This document shows, one piece after another, positions 62,091 through 64,000 of a DNA stretch of 64,000 nucleotides. The notes beneath the pieces were generated by a model, which saw only the letters and a list, made by a program, of their open reading frames with translations, had not been told where the DNA came from and did no database searches. The stretch lies in the sequence record ON529852.1; one strand, 5' to 3'. The position numbers were made by a program, and so were the translations under genes. Position 1 is the first letter of the stretch; each line of letters opens with the position of its first letter.

Positions 62091-62365
62091 CGCGCAGCGC
62101 CCTGGCGCAGGCTGTCATAGACCCCCGAGGTGATGCCGGCGACCTCGCAGGCGGCCTTGCGGAAGATGCCGCGATAGGGTTCGGCGTGGGCCTCGATATG
62201 GGTGATCACGTCGATGACCTCCAGGTCGGTCGACGCGGGGGTCAGCCGGGCGATCATGGCGGGGATCGGCGCCTCGGGGTGAAGGACGCCGGCCTCGCAG
62301 CAGGCGTCGTCCGGCTCGGCCTTGATCTTCTCCAGCAGCCATTCGCGGGTGATGTGCATCTTCAT
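62087..62365 (-). CDS. Hypothetical protein
   Basis: Operon packing. Confidence 0.5.
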   Translation of the reverse strand: MKMHITREWLLEKIKAEPDDACCEAGVLHPEAPIPAMIARLTPASTDLEVIDVITHIEAHAEPYRGIFRKAACEVAGITSGVYDSLRQGAAR

Positions 62366-62606
62366 GCCTTGATCTCCTCAGGCGGACGATCCAGCCAGCC
62401 CGGTTCTGACTTGAACCGGACCGGCGCGGGCTCGTAGAGTTTCTCGATCGTCTCTCGTCGGCCCCAGTGTTGGACGTAGCCCTTGGCGTCGGTTACGACC
62501 CAGGCCCCGACCCAAGGGCCGCTGACGACGCCCTCGAACTCCGCGAGGTTCTCGGCGGTGATCTGCTCGACGATGCAGGGCGCCGAACGACCCTTGAGGG
62601 CGACCT

Positions 62607-63041
62607 TCATGCGCGGCGGCCGTCGCACGCCAGGCAGGCCATCAGCGCCAGGGTCAGGCCGGAGGCGGAGCCGGAGGCATCCACATGGAAGTAATCGTCC
62701 GTGTGATCGTCCGTGATGTAACCGGGACCGGCGACCCAGGCGCGCACCTCAGTCGCACCGTCGTCTCCTGCGCCCGGCATGGTGCAGTAGCCATGCACCC
62801 ACTGGGGCAGGATGGCCTCGATCAGCCGGACGATGGAATCCACGGAGGCGGTGTAGCGCGGGACCGGCGTGCGGTCCGAAGCCTGGGGGTAGAGCAACGC
62901 GTGCAGGTCGCGATCAATGGCCCGATCGGCGCCCTTGACGAGGCGCTCGGACAGGGACTGGAGATGGGCCTTGGCGTCCGGGTCCAGCAGGATCGCGGGT
63001 TTCTGGACGGCGCCCGAGGCGGGATCGTAGGCTTCAGTCAA
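62607..63041 (-). CDS. Hypothetical protein
   Basis: P.YTASVD....LI...LP.W pattern. Confidence 0.55.
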   Translation of the reverse strand: MTEAYDPASGAVQKPAILLDPDAKAHLQSLSERLVKGADRAIDRDLHALLYPQASDRTPVPRYTASVDSIVRLIEAILPQWVHGYCTMPGAGDDGATEVRAWVAGPGYITDDHTDDYFHVDASGSASGLTLALMACLACDGRRA

Positions 63042-63468
63042 GGGTCGTGCTCCCCGGTTTGATAAGGGCTTTGCCGCGTCGCATCAGGTCGACCAGGAAC
63101 GGGCTGGGCGCACCCAGGGCCATGAACATCCGGACGAGCAACAGCTTGTGCGCCTTGGGGATGGTGATGGACTCGTCCGGGTTGATGACGCACAGGCGGG
63201 TGAGGGTTTTGGCGGCCTCTTCGCCGCCGGCGCGGTCCCGGTAGTGCAGGTCGAGGCGATCGACGAGCGTCTCTTCAGCCTCAGGCTCCCAGGGCCTGCC
63301 GTCCTGGAGCGCCAGCATCAGCGCGCGAATCTGACCGGCGACCACCGGGGCGTCGATCAGATTGTCGCGTTCAGCGAACTCGTCGAGCATCCCCGCCGCC
63401 GCCGCCATGACGTCGGGCAGCGGGGTGCGGCCGATCTTGTGCGGGACCTTCCGGGTCAGGAACTCCAC
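63034..63468 (-). CDS. Hypothetical protein
   Basis: Operon packing. Confidence 0.55.
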   Translation of the reverse strand: MEFLTRKVPHKIGRTPLPDVMAAAAGMLDEFAERDNLIDAPVVAGQIRALMLALQDGRPWEPEAEETLVDRLDLHYRDRAGGEEAAKTLTRLCVINPDESITIPKAHKLLLVRMFMALGAPSPFLVDLMRRGKALIKPGSTTLD

Positions 63469-63470
63469 GC

Positions 63471-63758
63471 TTAGGCGCTCGTCTTGGCCTTGGTGCGGCT
63501 GGCCGGCGACAGGGCGTCAGGCCCCTCGAATTCCAGGCCCTTGTAGAAGTGCGAGACCGGCTTGCCCAACAGGCTCGCCAGGGCGAACAGGTTGTCCACC
63601 GTGATGCGGCGGTTGCCCTTCTCATAGTGGTGCATCGCCACTTCGGAGATGCCCATGCCGCGCGCCAGTTCGGCGCGGCTCAAACCACGCTTCTCGCGGG
63701 TCTCGGCGACGACGGCGCCGACATGATCGGAAACGCGTTGATCGGTAGGTCTGGGCAT
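63471..63758 (-). CDS. XRE-family HTH transcriptional regulator
   Basis: VG..V...R..RGLSR.ELA..MGIS......YEKGNRRI....LF.LA..LG.PV..FY. Confidence 0.9.
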   Translation of the reverse strand: MPRPTDQRVSDHVGAVVAETREKRGLSRAELARGMGISEVAMHHYEKGNRRITVDNLFALASLLGKPVSHFYKGLEFEGPDALSPASRTKAKTSA

Positions 63759-63771
63759 GGAATGTCCTTTC

Positions 63772-63984
63772 TTAGAACGGATTGACGGCGGCCTCGAAGG
63801 CCGCGATGAACTGGTGATGACGGTCCACAGGCTTGGCGGTCATCCGCGCGGCGAGCGCGTTCAACCCCTGGCGATTACGCACGAACCCCGTCAGCCAGTC
63901 CGGCACCTGGTAGGCGGTATGCCCGGTCTCCACGCATTGGATCGACAGGGTCTGATTCCGCTTGACCACGAAATAGGTGAACAC
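63772..63984 (-). CDS. Hypothetical protein
   Basis: ORF near the window edge. Confidence 0.45.
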   Translation of the reverse strand: MFTYFVVKRNQTLSIQCVETGHTAYQVPDWLTGFVRNRQGLNALAARMTAKPVDRHHQFIAAFEAAVNPF

Positions 63985-64000
63985 CGCCGGATCATCCTTG

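Noticed and set aside
1-64000. Prophage, IS element or rRNA
   Set aside because: No integrase, transposase, att-like context, host genes or rRNA sequence recognised

Overview
This window is a 64-kb segment of a large, high-GC lytic phage genome, most consistent with a phiCbK-like siphophage of Caulobacteraceae. That assignment is inferred from the TerL/TerS/RuvC block, CtrA-like TTAA sites, Caulobacter-type promoters and leaderless genes. The left end holds a minus-strand packaging operon: terL with a Pro1 intein in its Walker A motif, terS and a RuvC-like resolvase. Next comes an AT-rich iteron-like repeat cluster and a repeat-rich control region (7.2-10.1 kb). The rest is mostly small minus-strand accessory genes driven by 13 copies of one unusual promoter (TTGAC-N12-TTCCTTTAC), interrupted by a few plus-strand islands including a fibre-like structural module (43.2-47.7 kb). 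Recognisable products include NUDIX, HD, CYTH, HNH, R2K-type ATP-grasp, Lar-like, ParB/DGQHR-like, XRE-HTH and cold-shock-like OB proteins, lipoproteins and one tRNA-Arg(UCU). The most interesting signals are non-coding. (1) A leaderless 10-codon peptide with AGA and AGG codons ends at the base of a terminator placed directly in front of tRNA-Arg(UCU), a candidate tRNA-sensing attenuator. (2) Seven candidate structured ncRNAs, most with their own promoter or terminator, one with a tRNA-like acceptor/T-arm/CCA end. (3) A six-copy double-hairpin element whose stems covary and whose loops read GNA on one strand (one GGCA exception). All structures and motif counts were read by eye and no searches were run.
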